Source: Elusimicrobiaceae bacterium
GTDB taxonomy: Bacteria; Elusimicrobiota; Elusimicrobia; Elusimicrobiales; Elusimicrobiaceae
Length of the DNA: 39,483 nucleotides
Direction: 5' to 3'
NCBI GenBank assembly: GCA_045601125.1
Contig: JAZRZE010000087.1
Location: 1-39,483 of the forward strand
Shown piece after piece: positions 7,312-15,635 of the stretch. The position numbers and the translations under genes were made by a program. The notes under the pieces were generated by a model. The model was given only the letters and a program-made list of their open reading frames with translations, was not told the origin of the DNA and searched no databases. The stretch's first letter is position 1. Every line of letters starts with the position of its first letter.

Positions 7312-8709
7312 TTACTGCCAGTTTATCAAAGTCGCATAGGCCAAGAAGCCAAAGGACATTAAAAACCAAACTGCAATAAGCGGCCAAATAAACTTGAGCC
7401 ATTTTTGATAAGAGATTTTGGCAAGCCCGATAACCGCAATAGTAACAGGGCTTGTGGGGATGCAAATATTTGTCCACCCATCGCCGAATTGATAGGCAAG
7501 CACCATTGTTTGGCGGGTAATGCCGATTAAGTCCGATAAAGGCGCCAAGAGAGGCATAGTTAAAACCGCTTTACCAGAACCTGAGGGTATAAAGAAGTTT
7601 ATTATGGCTTGCAAAACAAAGGCCGCCCAAGATGCTATAACCGCAGGTAAATGAGAAATTAAACCGGCCATATAGTTAAGACAGGTATCTAAAATATGTC
7701 CGTTTTCGGCAATAACAACGATAGATGTTGCAAGCGCAAGCAGGAAGCAAATTTCCGCCATACCGCGAACACCGTCATAAAAAGCACTTGTTGCTTCCGT
7801 AATACTCATTTTTGCACAAATTGCCGCAACAATAGCAAGACCGAAGAATAAACCGCCCATTTCGGTTATATACCATTCATATTTTAATACGCCGAAAACA
7901 AGTAAAACCAAAGCTGATGCAAAAGCAACTAAAACAAGTTTATGGGAAAGTTTGAACTTTTCTTCCTTTTTATTATCCAAATGAAGTTCTTTTGTTCTTG
8001 TTTTATCAAATTCATAAGTTAAACTTCTCTCGGGATTTTTGGCAACCATTTTTGTATAAAGTAAAACAAAACCGATTGCAATTAAAGTAGAAACTATCCA
8101 AATTATTATTCTTAAAGTTAAGCCGGAACAAGGGGGAAGTTCGGCAATACCTTGTGCAATCCCGAGTGTAAAGGGATTCATAAAAGCGCTTGCAAAACCC
8201 GCACCTGCACCAAGAAACGGTATTAACATACCTGTTGCGCTGTCATAACCTAAGGATAAAGCAAGCGGCATAAAAATAGGAACAAAAATAAGCACTTCTT
8301 CACTCATACCGAAAGTTGCCCCGCAGAGCGAGAACATTATCATAGTCAGAGGTATAAAGAAAGTTTTTAAAATCTTATATTTTGTAAAGTAAGTGCTGAT
8401 ATGTTTTATGGCTATTGTTATGGCATTTGTTCTTTCTATAACCATAAAAGCACCGCCGATTATCAAAAGAAAAGCAATAATTTCTGCCGTTTGGGAGCGT
8501 TTAAAAGCATCCATAGGGGCTTTTAAAACATCAAAGACATTTTGGGGGGAAGATTCTATCTGATGATAAGAACCTTCAACCAAAACGAGTCTGCCGTCTT
8601 GATTTTTAACTTTGTCATATTGCCCTGCAGGTATAAACCAAGTGCAAAGGGCAGTTAGCACAACAATACTCATAATAATGAGCGTAGTGTTAAACTTAAT
8701 TTTTTCCAT
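7312..8709 (-). CDS. YfcC / DcuC-like anaerobic carrier family membrane transporter
   Basis: 465 aa and about 12 TM helices. The N-terminus ...LTALCTWFIPAGQYDKV... and overall layout look like YfcC-family (C4-dicarboxylate anaerobic carrier superfamily) proteins. Confidence 0.7.
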   Translation of the reverse strand: MEKIKFNTTLIIMSIVVLTALCTWFIPAGQYDKVKNQDGRLVLVEGSYHQIESSPQNVFDVLKAPMDAFKRSQTAEIIAFLLIIGGAFMVIERTNAITIAIKHISTYFTKYKILKTFFIPLTMIMFSLCGATFGMSEEVLIFVPIFMPLALSLGYDSATGMLIPFLGAGAGFASAFMNPFTLGIAQGIAELPPCSGLTLRIIIWIVSTLIAIGFVLLYTKMVAKNPERSLTYEFDKTRTKELHLDNKKEEKFKLSHKLVLVAFASALVLLVFGVLKYEWYITEMGGLFFGLAIVAAICAKMSITEATSAFYDGVRGMAEICFLLALATSIVVIAENGHILDTCLNYMAGLISHLPAVIASWAAFVLQAIINFFIPSGSGKAVLTMPLLAPLSDLIGITRQTMVLAYQFGDGWTNICIPTSPVTIAVIGLAKISYQKWLKFIWPLIAVWFLMSFGFLAYATLINWQ

Positions 8710-8794
8710 CTCTTGTTATGGAAACCTCCTTTTTTGTTTGTTTTTGTATCTATATATTTTATAAAATATGTATATATTTTTGGTAAAAAATTTT

Positions 8795-9502
8795 ATGCTT
8801 TATATTGTTCCAACGCCTATAGGCAATTTGCAAGATATAACTTTGCGCGCTTTAGAAGTTTTAAAGCAGGCCGATTTTGTTTTGTGTGAAGATACCCGCC
8901 AAACAAAAAAATTACTAGACAGTTACGGTATAAATACAAAAACTATCCGCTATCACGAAGGAGATAAATTTTCTGTGGAAAAATGTCTTAATTTGCTTAA
9001 AGGCGGCAAGGTTTGCGCTTTAGTCAGTGATGCCGGCACGCCTTGTGTTTCGGACCCGGGTTGGCGGCTTGTTCGCCGCGCAAGAGAAGAAGGAATAAAA
9101 GTTTGCGCTTTGCCCGGTGCAAGTGCTTTAACTTGCGCTTTAAGCGCAAGCGGTGTCGGCGGCGGCGGTTTTGTTTTCTTGGGTTTTACCTCAAGAAAGC
9201 CGGGTAAAATTATTAAACTTTTAAAAAGCGCTTTTGAACTTGAAAAACCTGTTGTTATTTATGAATCGCCTTACAGAATTATTAAATTCTTAAAACTCGT
9301 TAAAGATAATTTTGAAAACCCTATAACCTGCGTTTTAGCGCGCGAAATTACTAAAACTTTTGAAGAATATTTAAGCGGAAATTTAGAGGAAGTTATAGTA
9401 AATTTGGAAAACCGTAAAAAAATACTTGGCGAATTTGTGGTAATTTTGGACGCGCGTTCTTCTAAACAAAAAGAGGAAGAAGATGAAGAATTTAACTACT
9501 GA
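8795..9502 (+). CDS. rsmI: 16S rRNA (cytidine1402-2'-O)-methyltransferase
   Basis: MLYIVPTPIGNLQDITLRALEVLKQADFVLCEDTRQTKKLL is the canonical RsmI N-terminus, and SDAGTPCVSDPG is also present. The track ORF starts 9 codons earlier (8768), so the start choice is uncertain. Confidence 0.88.
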   Translation: MLYIVPTPIGNLQDITLRALEVLKQADFVLCEDTRQTKKLLDSYGINTKTIRYHEGDKFSVEKCLNLLKGGKVCALVSDAGTPCVSDPGWRLVRRAREEGIKVCALPGASALTCALSASGVGGGGFVFLGFTSRKPGKIIKLLKSAFELEKPVVIYESPYRIIKFLKLVKDNFENPITCVLAREITKTFEEYLSGNLEEVIVNLENRKKILGEFVVILDARSSKQKEEEDEEFNY

Positions 9503-10091
9503 TAAAGAAATAACTTTTGAAGAACTTTGCGCCCTTTTAGAAAAAGGCGAGTGCCTTGTTTTGCCGACTGATACGACCTTCGGTCTTGTTTGCGCGGCTA
9601 AAGATAAAAACTCTTTAGAAAAATTAAACACGGCAAAAGCAAATCCTAAAGAAAAACTTCCGCAGGTTTTATGCACTTTAAGTCAAGCCTTAAAACTTGC
9701 CGAGTTTGACGAGCGAGCAAAAAAAGCCGCTGAAACTTTTTGGCCGGGTGCTTTAACTTTAATTTTAAAAAGCACAGCGCTTGCTAAAGAAATTTTACCG
9801 GCTGAGACTATCGGTTTAAGAGTGCCAAACGATAATTTACTCTTAAAAATAATGGAAAAGTTAAACTCTCCGCTTTTTGCCAGCAGTGCAAATATTCACG
9901 GGCAGGGATACTATCCTGATTTGGAAATTATAAAAAAAGCCTTTGCCCAGCAAGGCATTTGTATCGTAGAAGGCAGTAGTAAAAATCTGGCCTCTTCCTT
10001 AGTAGATTTAACAAAAGAAGAAATAGTTTTTTTAAGGGAAGGGGAAATTCGTATAGAAGATTTTAAAAAAGCGATATCTTTTGCTAAATAA
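9483..10091 (+). CDS. tsaC: L-threonylcarbamoyladenylate synthase (YrdC/TsaC/Sua5 family)
   Basis: 202 aa with YrdC-domain motifs LVLPTDTTFGLVC, WPGALTLIL, GLRVPN and SSAN. It overlaps rsmI by 20 nt. Confidence 0.85.
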   Translation: MKNLTTDKEITFEELCALLEKGECLVLPTDTTFGLVCAAKDKNSLEKLNTAKANPKEKLPQVLCTLSQALKLAEFDERAKKAAETFWPGALTLILKSTALAKEILPAETIGLRVPNDNLLLKIMEKLNSPLFASSANIHGQGYYPDLEIIKKAFAQQGICIVEGSSKNLASSLVDLTKEEIVFLREGEIRIEDFKKAISFAK

Positions 10092-10120
10092 TTTGTTAGT
10101 ATATATCTAGGAAGGTTTTT

Positions 10121-11005
10121 ATGGTATTAGTAAATATAATCTTAATAATTTGTTTGATTGCGGTTATTTTTCTTTTTAGATGCTGCAAATGCAGAACACA
10201 AAAGCAGTTTTCAAAAGAAACGGAAACAAGAGAAAAACGCATAAAATATCTTGAAAGGGCTGTTGAAAAAATTGCTTTTAGATACCGTCAGGAAGCACGC
10301 CTAAATGAAAGTAAATCAAAATTTATGTTTATGGTTGCCCATGATTTAAGGCAGCCGCTTACTGCTATGCAGGGCTATACAACTATCTTGCTTGAAGATG
10401 CAAAAAGCGAAGAAGAAAAAAAGATTTTACATACCCTTGAACGCTCTTCCGCTCATATGGGCGTTTTGCTGGCGGATTTGGTGGAGGCTTCAATATCGGC
10501 TTCCGGCCACTTAAAAGTAAATCCTTATAGATTTATTTATAATAAACTTGTGGAAGAAATCTATGAGCAGTATCGTATTATTGCCCAGCAGAAAAATGTT
10601 ACTTTGCGTAAAATTGATTATCCCAGTGATATTGAAATTTACGGGGACAGAGAACGCCTTGCCCAAGTTCTAAATAATCTTGTATCAAATGCCTTAAAGT
10701 TCACAAATGCAGGCGGTACGGTGGAAATAAATTATCAGGTTGACGGTAATTATGTAAGAACTTTTATAAGAGATAACGGAAAAGGTATTGTCCACGTAGA
10801 TAAAGTTAAGATTTTTGAAAAATTTAATCAAGCCGAAAACCTTGATGATGAGCACAAAAGTCTTGGTTGGGGGCTTGGCCTTGCTATTGCGCAAGATATT
10901 ATCGGCGCGCATAAAGGTATTATTTGGTCGCAAAGCGCAGGACTTGGTAAAGGAACTTTATTTTGGTTTTCCTTGCCGCTTAATACAAATCCTACTAAAA
11001 AATAA
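10121..11005 (+). CDS. Sensor histidine kinase (one N-terminal TM helix, coiled-coil, HisKA, HATPase_c)
   Basis: H-box FMFMVAHDLRQPLTAM, N-box LVSNALKFT, G-boxes RDNGKGI and GWGLGLAIA. No periplasmic or PAS-like sensor domain is visible. Confidence 0.9.
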   Translation: MVLVNIILIICLIAVIFLFRCCKCRTQKQFSKETETREKRIKYLERAVEKIAFRYRQEARLNESKSKFMFMVAHDLRQPLTAMQGYTTILLEDAKSEEEKKILHTLERSSAHMGVLLADLVEASISASGHLKVNPYRFIYNKLVEEIYEQYRIIAQQKNVTLRKIDYPSDIEIYGDRERLAQVLNNLVSNALKFTNAGGTVEINYQVDGNYVRTFIRDNGKGIVHVDKVKIFEKFNQAENLDDEHKSLGWGLGLAIAQDIIGAHKGIIWSQSAGLGKGTLFWFSLPLNTNPTKK

Positions 11006-11006
11006 T

Positions 11007-11369
11007 TTATAAGAAAATTTTGTTTATAGCAAAAGTAAGATCGTCCATATCAAAGGGCTTATACAAAATATCATCCGCCCCGATTTGCTTGATTTGTTTA
11101 TTTAGGGTTTCTTCGTTCATAGCGGTAATAACAAGAATTTTTATTGCCGGATAATCCTGCCTTAATCTTCTTAAAATATCTATACCGTTTTCATCCGGAT
11201 AGAACATATCAAGCAAAATAAGGTCCGGCTTTTCGCAATTTGGAAGTAAATTAAATAGTTCTTTTGAGCCGCTTGCCGTGCCGACAACTTGATAATTAAA
11301 ACTTTCAAGAGCGTTTTGTATGCTGATTCTTAAGACGGCAGAATCATCAACTATAATAATTTTTTTCAT
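11007..11369 (-). CDS. Stand-alone response-regulator receiver (CheY-like) protein
   Basis: MKKIIIVDDSAVLR..., DLILLDMFYPDENG, LVITAM and YKPF are receiver motifs, and there is no output domain. I start it at the ATG at 11369, which forms an ATGA overlap with the upstream stop. The track ORF is 10 codons longer. Confidence 0.88.
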   Translation of the reverse strand: MKKIIIVDDSAVLRISIQNALESFNYQVVGTASGSKELFNLLPNCEKPDLILLDMFYPDENGIDILRRLRQDYPAIKILVITAMNEETLNKQIKQIGADDILYKPFDMDDLTFAINKIFL

Positions 11370-12775
11370 TTGATAGCCGCCGCTGTTTTTTGCGCCCAAT
11401 CTAAAAGTTCTTCGGTTTGTTTTTTAGAGCAAGTTTCCGCATAAATTCTAAGTTTGGGTTCTGTGCCTGAAGGGCGCAGTAAAACCCACTCGCCTTTATC
11501 AAGAATAATCTTTATGCCGTCAATTGTTGAAATACTTCTGACAGGATAGAGATTTAGAACTTTTTTAGGTAATTTCTTTTTGAATTTATCGTTAAAGTTT
11601 GTTTTGTCAAAATCTTTGGGAAGTTCAATATCCCTTCTTAAAAATACGCTTGCGCCGTATTCTTTTTGGACTGCCTGGCAAAGTTCGCTTAAAGATTTTT
11701 TAGTGTTTGCCATAATTTCCATAATGAAAAGGGCAAAAGTTATAGCATCCCTTTCGGGCAAAAGCCCTTTGAAGAAAAATCCGCCGGATTCTTCTGCGCC
11801 AAAGGCAATATCTTCAAAAAGATTTTTCTGAGCAATATTTTTAAAGCCCACCGGCACTTCTTCAAAACCAAGGCCGTGTTGTTCGGCAATTCTTTTTGTC
11901 AAATAGCCCATAGAAACACACTGAACAACATTACCTGTAAGTTTTTTGTGTTTTACCAAATAATCCAAAGCAACGGCGGAAATTAAACAAGGGCTGATAT
12001 ATTTGCCTTTTTCATCAATAAAAGAAATTCTGTCGCCGTCGCCGTCAAGGCCGATACCCATTAAACATTTTTTGTTTACGACAAGTTTTTTAAGTTCGGC
12101 TAAGTTGCTTTCTTTGGGTTCGGGGGCAACTCCGCCGAAGGTGGGGTTGGCATCGCTTCTTAAAGCAAGGACTCTGTTTTCGCCCAAAATTTGTTCAAGA
12201 TAAGTGCTTGCGCTGCCGTGCATATAATCAACGGCAATTTTGCCTTTTAAGGTTGCAATCTTTTTTAGATTTATTTTGGAAGAAATATACTTAAAGTAAT
12301 TTTTTTGTAAACCTTTTGTCGGAGTAACATTATGACCGGGGATATACATAACCGGTTTTTGTTCCAAAAGTTCTTCAATTTCTTTTGTAAGTTTTGTAGA
12401 CATCGGCGCACCGCCGAGTTTTACTTTTATTCCGTTATAATGCGGTGCATTATGGCTAGCAGTAACCATTATAGATATCCACACTTTGCTTGCAGTTAAA
12501 ACGCTCATTAAAGGGCTGGGAACGGGGGCATCTAAAAGCACTACATCAAGTTTATTAAGTTTTAATATGCTTGCAATATCGGAGGCAAATTTTTCGGATA
12601 AAAATCTTCTATCATAGCCGACAGCCACCAAATTTGTTTTATCTTCCATATTTGAAGGCATATTTATACTTATAAAATCTGACAAGGCCTGCGCCATAGT
12701 GCGCACCCTATCAAAAGTAAAATCCCACGCGATTATTCCGCGCCAACCGTCTGTTCCAAAACGAATATCTGCCAT
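11366..12775 (-). CDS. Phosphoglucomutase/phosphomannomutase (alpha-D-phosphohexomutase family)
   Basis: MADIRFGTDGWRG, active-site loop TASHNAPHYNGIK, metal loop GLDGDGDR, and GAEESGG. The start is set at 12775, with AAGGAG 8 nt upstream. The track ORF runs 22 codons further, into the tmRNA gene. Confidence 0.9.
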   Translation of the reverse strand: MADIRFGTDGWRGIIAWDFTFDRVRTMAQALSDFISINMPSNMEDKTNLVAVGYDRRFLSEKFASDIASILKLNKLDVVLLDAPVPSPLMSVLTASKVWISIMVTASHNAPHYNGIKVKLGGAPMSTKLTKEIEELLEQKPVMYIPGHNVTPTKGLQKNYFKYISSKINLKKIATLKGKIAVDYMHGSASTYLEQILGENRVLALRSDANPTFGGVAPEPKESNLAELKKLVVNKKCLMGIGLDGDGDRISFIDEKGKYISPCLISAVALDYLVKHKKLTGNVVQCVSMGYLTKRIAEQHGLGFEEVPVGFKNIAQKNLFEDIAFGAEESGGFFFKGLLPERDAITFALFIMEIMANTKKSLSELCQAVQKEYGASVFLRRDIELPKDFDKTNFNDKFKKKLPKKVLNLYPVRSISTIDGIKIILDKGEWVLLRPSGTEPKLRIYAETCSKKQTEELLDWAQKTAAAIK

Positions 12776-12806
12776 AAAATAAAACTCCTTATCTTCCAAA
12801 ATAAAG

Positions 12807-13150
12807 TGGAGGCGGCGGGATTCGCACCCGCGTCCAAACAACCTTACAACTTGCTTACTACAGGTTTAGCTTCGGTATTGTAGTAAAGCTGCTTGCCCGA
12901 AGCCGCTGCCGCTTTACTTGTTTGCTTTATCTTAAGCAAAATTAGGCCAAACTAACCTTTTTTGCAGCAGACGGATTATTGACCGAGTGCTTTTGTATCC
13001 CGTCAATACAAAAGCTTCGGGTTTAGGCGGTAGCCCAAACGTTGTTGTTGTAGTTGTTGCCAACTATTGTTGTGACCCTATTTTAAGCGGCCTGGTCAAC
13101 CGCTACCTGCAAGCAAGCCTCAGAGTTATCTGTCAAAACTGGTCGCCCCC
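12807..13150 (-). ncRNA. ssrA: tmRNA (ssrA)
   Basis: Minus-strand 5' end GGGGGCGACCAGTTTTGACAG. The 3' end GGACGCGGGTGCGAATCCCGCCGCCTCCA forms a tRNA-Ala-like acceptor stem (GGGGGCG/CGCCTCC, with a G3:U70 pair) and a T-arm. The internal segment AATAGTT|GGC AAC AAC TAC AAC AAC AAC GTT TGG GCT ACC GCC TAA resembles the E. coli resume context AAUAGUC|GCA. Length is about 344 nt. Confidence 0.88.
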
Positions 13151-13182
13151 GAGTTTGCTATATTATCGTATTAAAAAGCATA

Positions 13183-14106
13183 TCAAATTTTTTTATGTTT
13201 TTGCAAATATAAAGAAATTAAGATAGTGCCTGATAAAATTGCGGCTATTACCAAAAGTGATAGCCATATAGGTAAATGAACCACGCTTGAAAGTACCATT
13301 TTTAAACCGACAAAAGCCAAAATTAAGGCGATACCGTATTTTAAATATTCAAATTTGCTTGCCATGCCGGAAAGTAAAAAGTATAAAGAGCGTAGCCCGA
13401 TAATTGCAAATATATTAGAGGTGTAAACAATAAATGTATCTTGGGTGATTGAAAGAACCGCCGGGATAGAATCAAAGGCAAAAATAAGGTCGCTGCCTTC
13501 AATAACGAAAACACAGGCAAGCAAAGGTGTAGCAAAAAGTTTTGCGTTTTCTTTTACAAAAAAATTATCGCCGTGATAATTATCCTTGAAAGGTATAATT
13601 TTTTTAGCAAATCTTAAAATAAACATTTGGCTTAAATCTTTTTGCTCTTCTTCTTTATGAGTAATCATTTTTATTGCCGTGTATATAAGGAAAGCACCGA
13701 AAAGATAAATCGTCCAAGTAAACATTGTAATAAGTTTTACACCGGCAAAAATAAAGAAAAAACGCATTATAACCGCACCCAAAATACCCCAAATAAGCAC
13801 TTTGGGCTGATATTCGTTTGGTACAGCAAAAAAGGAAAATATCATAATAAATACAAACATATTATCAATAGAAAGGGAGTATTCTATAAGATAACCTGTT
13901 ATATATTCAAGGGCTTGCGTGCTGCCGTGTACCCACCAAATAGCCCCGCCGAAAACAAGTGCCAAAGATACCCAAGCGCAGACCATAGTTAAGGCCTCTT
14001 TTATAGTAACTTTGCCGTGATGCTTGTTCATCACCACTAGGTCAATAAAGAGGGCTAGAACTACTACTATCCAAAAAACTATCCATAAGATTAAATGACT
14101 TTGCAT
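13183..14106 (-). CDS. TerC-family integral membrane protein
   Basis: 307 aa and multi-TM. YLIEYSLSIDNMFVFIMIF and EGSDLIFAFDSIPAVL are the duplicated TerC-family motifs. Confidence 0.85.
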   Translation of the reverse strand: MQSHLILWIVFWIVVVLALFIDLVVMNKHHGKVTIKEALTMVCAWVSLALVFGGAIWWVHGSTQALEYITGYLIEYSLSIDNMFVFIMIFSFFAVPNEYQPKVLIWGILGAVIMRFFFIFAGVKLITMFTWTIYLFGAFLIYTAIKMITHKEEEQKDLSQMFILRFAKKIIPFKDNYHGDNFFVKENAKLFATPLLACVFVIEGSDLIFAFDSIPAVLSITQDTFIVYTSNIFAIIGLRSLYFLLSGMASKFEYLKYGIALILAFVGLKMVLSSVVHLPIWLSLLVIAAILSGTILISLYLQKHKKI

Positions 14107-14143
14107 ATTGTATATATTATATAAAAATATAATGTGTTGCTAA

Positions 14144-14317
14144 TAGTGCGGCTTGTCTTTTTGGCAAATTTTAATTTTTTTTAAACTTCGGATACACGGG
14201 CTTGCCAGCCACTCGGGGTATACCTTGTTTGAAAGAAAATTAAAATTTTCTCAAAAATACTTTGCCGATTGCTGTTTTAGTGCGACTCGTCTTTTTGGCA
14301 AATTCATTTGCTCTGTT
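14144..14317. repeat. Copy B of the mosaic dispersed intergenic repeat, plus a local 27-nt direct repeat
   Basis: TAGTGCGGCTTGTCTTTTTGGCAAATT (14144-14170) recurs at 14278-14304 with 2 mismatches. TTCGGATAC(14187)-N21-GGTATACC(14217) has exactly the spacing of copy A. TTAAAATT(14240) and ATTTGCTCTGTT(14306) are also shared with 3664-3900. Confidence 0.7.
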
Positions 14318-14384
14318 GGACTAAATTTAGCGGCAAAATTTTATAAAAATACTTTATTTGTCTTCTGAAAACTTGACTTGCGTA

Positions 14385-14399
14385 TTTTTTTTTTTTTTT
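14385..14399. repeat. Homopolymeric T15 tract
   Basis: Counted directly. It sits between a -35-like TTGACT (14373-14378) and a TGATAAACT element (14399-14407), upstream of the small membrane ORF and birA. Confidence 0.95.
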
Positions 14400-14452
14400 G
14401 ATAAACTACCTTTGTCAATTTTAATTAAAGTAAAATGGTTGAGGATGTTATT

Positions 14453-14656
14453 ATGAATTTTGTCGGATTTGATGCTGTTATCGTAACATTTTTGTTCTTA
14501 CCGCATTTTCCGCTTACTTGGTTCGTGGTTTTATTAGTGTTTGTAATTCTTGTGAATTTAGAAAAAAAGAAAGCTGCCACAATGTTTTTTTGCTCTTTCT
14601 TGATATGGTATGCTGTTTCTTATTATTTTCTTATGATTTACACTCCGTCTCATTAA
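14453..14656 (+). CDS. Hypothetical small membrane protein (about 67 aa, 2-3 hydrophobic helices)
   Basis: The ATG at 14453 has GAGGA 8 nt upstream; the track start at 14435 has no SD. The sequence is hydrophobic: MNFVGFDAVIVTFLFLPHFPLTWFVVLLVFVILV...FFCSFLIWYAVSYYFLMIY. I recognise no family. Confidence 0.45.
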   Translation: MNFVGFDAVIVTFLFLPHFPLTWFVVLLVFVILVNLEKKKAATMFFCSFLIWYAVSYYFLMIYTPSH

Positions 14657-14698
14657 AAAATCTTTTTTGACTCGCCAAAATTTGATAAAATATAAATA

Positions 14699-15391
14699 AT
14701 GGAGATTTTAAGCTTTGAGGTTTTGCCCTCCACTAACACTTATGCTTACGAACATTTTGACACGCTAAAAGACGGGCAGATTGTTCTTGCCAAAACGCAA
14801 ACGGCAGGCAGGGGAAGAAAAGAAAGAGTTTGGCTTTCCGGTGACGGCGGACTCTACTTTAGTTTAGTAGTAAAACCACAAAATTTTAAAATTGATTTTT
14901 TAGGTTCTTTAACACAGGCAATGGCTTTAAGCGTTTGTAAAACTTTGCAGGAATTAGGTGCAAAAAAAGCAGTTCTTAAATGGCCAAACGATATCCTTTG
15001 CGAAAGTAAAAAAATTTGCGGTATTTTAAGCCAAGCGGTTTTTAAGGATAGTAAACTTTCCGGCGTAATTATAGGCGTTGGCGTTAATATAGCACAAAGT
15101 GAAATTAATAGCCCAAAACCGGCAGTTTCTTTAAAAATGCTTGGCATAAAAGTCCAAAAAGAAGAAGTCCTAAAAAATATTTACCAAAGATTTTATAAAT
15201 ATTATTCCAAAATTTGTGCAAGCGGTTTTAGCGCAATTAGGGAAGAATTTTTAAATAACTTTCCTTTTATAAATAAGGAAATTAAAATAGTTAAAGATAC
15301 ACAAGAGATTTTAGGCATTTGCCACGGTCTTGACGACAGGGGGCAATTGCTGATAGATAAGAAAGTCGTAAATATAGGTGATATGGAGTAA
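14699..15391 (+). CDS. birA: Biotin--[acetyl-CoA-carboxylase] ligase (group I, no N-terminal HTH)
   Basis: 230 aa. The QTAGRGRKERVWLS (GRGRxGRxW) biotin-binding loop, KWPNDI and KICGIL are present. The protein is too short to include a repressor domain. Confidence 0.88.
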   Translation: MEILSFEVLPSTNTYAYEHFDTLKDGQIVLAKTQTAGRGRKERVWLSGDGGLYFSLVVKPQNFKIDFLGSLTQAMALSVCKTLQELGAKKAVLKWPNDILCESKKICGILSQAVFKDSKLSGVIIGVGVNIAQSEINSPKPAVSLKMLGIKVQKEEVLKNIYQRFYKYYSKICASGFSAIREEFLNNFPFINKEIKIVKDTQEILGICHGLDDRGQLLIDKKVVNIGDME

Positions 15392-15394
15392 AGT

Positions 15395-15622
15395 ATGGAA
15401 TTACTTGGAAAAGGACTTGAGTTAATGATTATGGGTATGGGGATGGTATTTTCCTTCTTAATAATCTTACTCGTTGTTATGAAAGTTTTGGCAGTCGTGG
15501 TGAAAGTTTTAAATAAATATTTACCCGAACCGGTTGCCAAAGTTCAAACAGTAACAAAAATCAGCGATGATAAAATTAAAAAGATTTTAGCCATAGCAGT
15601 GGCCAAACATTTTGCAAAATAG
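15395..15622 (+). CDS. oadG: Na+-translocating decarboxylase gamma subunit (OadG-like)
   Basis: 75 aa with one TM helix (GLELMIMGMGMVFSFLIILLVVM). It sits immediately upstream of the alpha and beta subunits. Confidence 0.75.
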   Translation: MELLGKGLELMIMGMGMVFSFLIILLVVMKVLAVVVKVLNKYLPEPVAKVQTVTKISDDKIKKILAIAVAKHFAK

Positions 15623-15635
15623 GAGATAAAAAGAA

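Noticed and set aside
7265-7477. 5' extension of the symporter ORF (MDKYLHPHKPCYYCGYRACQ...).
   Set aside because: It overlaps the 3' end of the YfcC-family gene in another frame and spans that gene's intrinsic terminator. The ATG at 7264 begins the hydrophobic SSF-like sequence.
12776-12841. 5' extension of the phosphohexomutase ORF (MFGRGCESRRLHFILEDKEFYF...).
   Set aside because: It overlaps the tmRNA 3' tRNA-like domain. A strong AAGGAG plus ATG at 12775 gives the canonical MADIRFGTDGWRG start.
12987-13226. Track ORF 12987-13226 (+), 79 aa.
   Set aside because: It is antisense to the tmRNA gene and the TerC 3' end, has no RBS, and its composition is driven by tmRNA structure.
14153-14368. 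71-aa ORF in the TerC-upstream intergenic region.
   Set aside because: It coincides with the dispersed or direct repeat modules and has no RBS. The related copy at 3664-3900 does not keep an open frame.
14107-14400. Looked for a yybP-ykoY (Mn2+) riboswitch upstream of the TerC-family gene, a common arrangement.
   Set aside because: I could not find the conserved GGGGAGUAG / UUGACA-type cores on the minus strand. The region is instead occupied by the dispersed repeat that also occurs next to the tRNAs. Only an Rfam scan could settle it.
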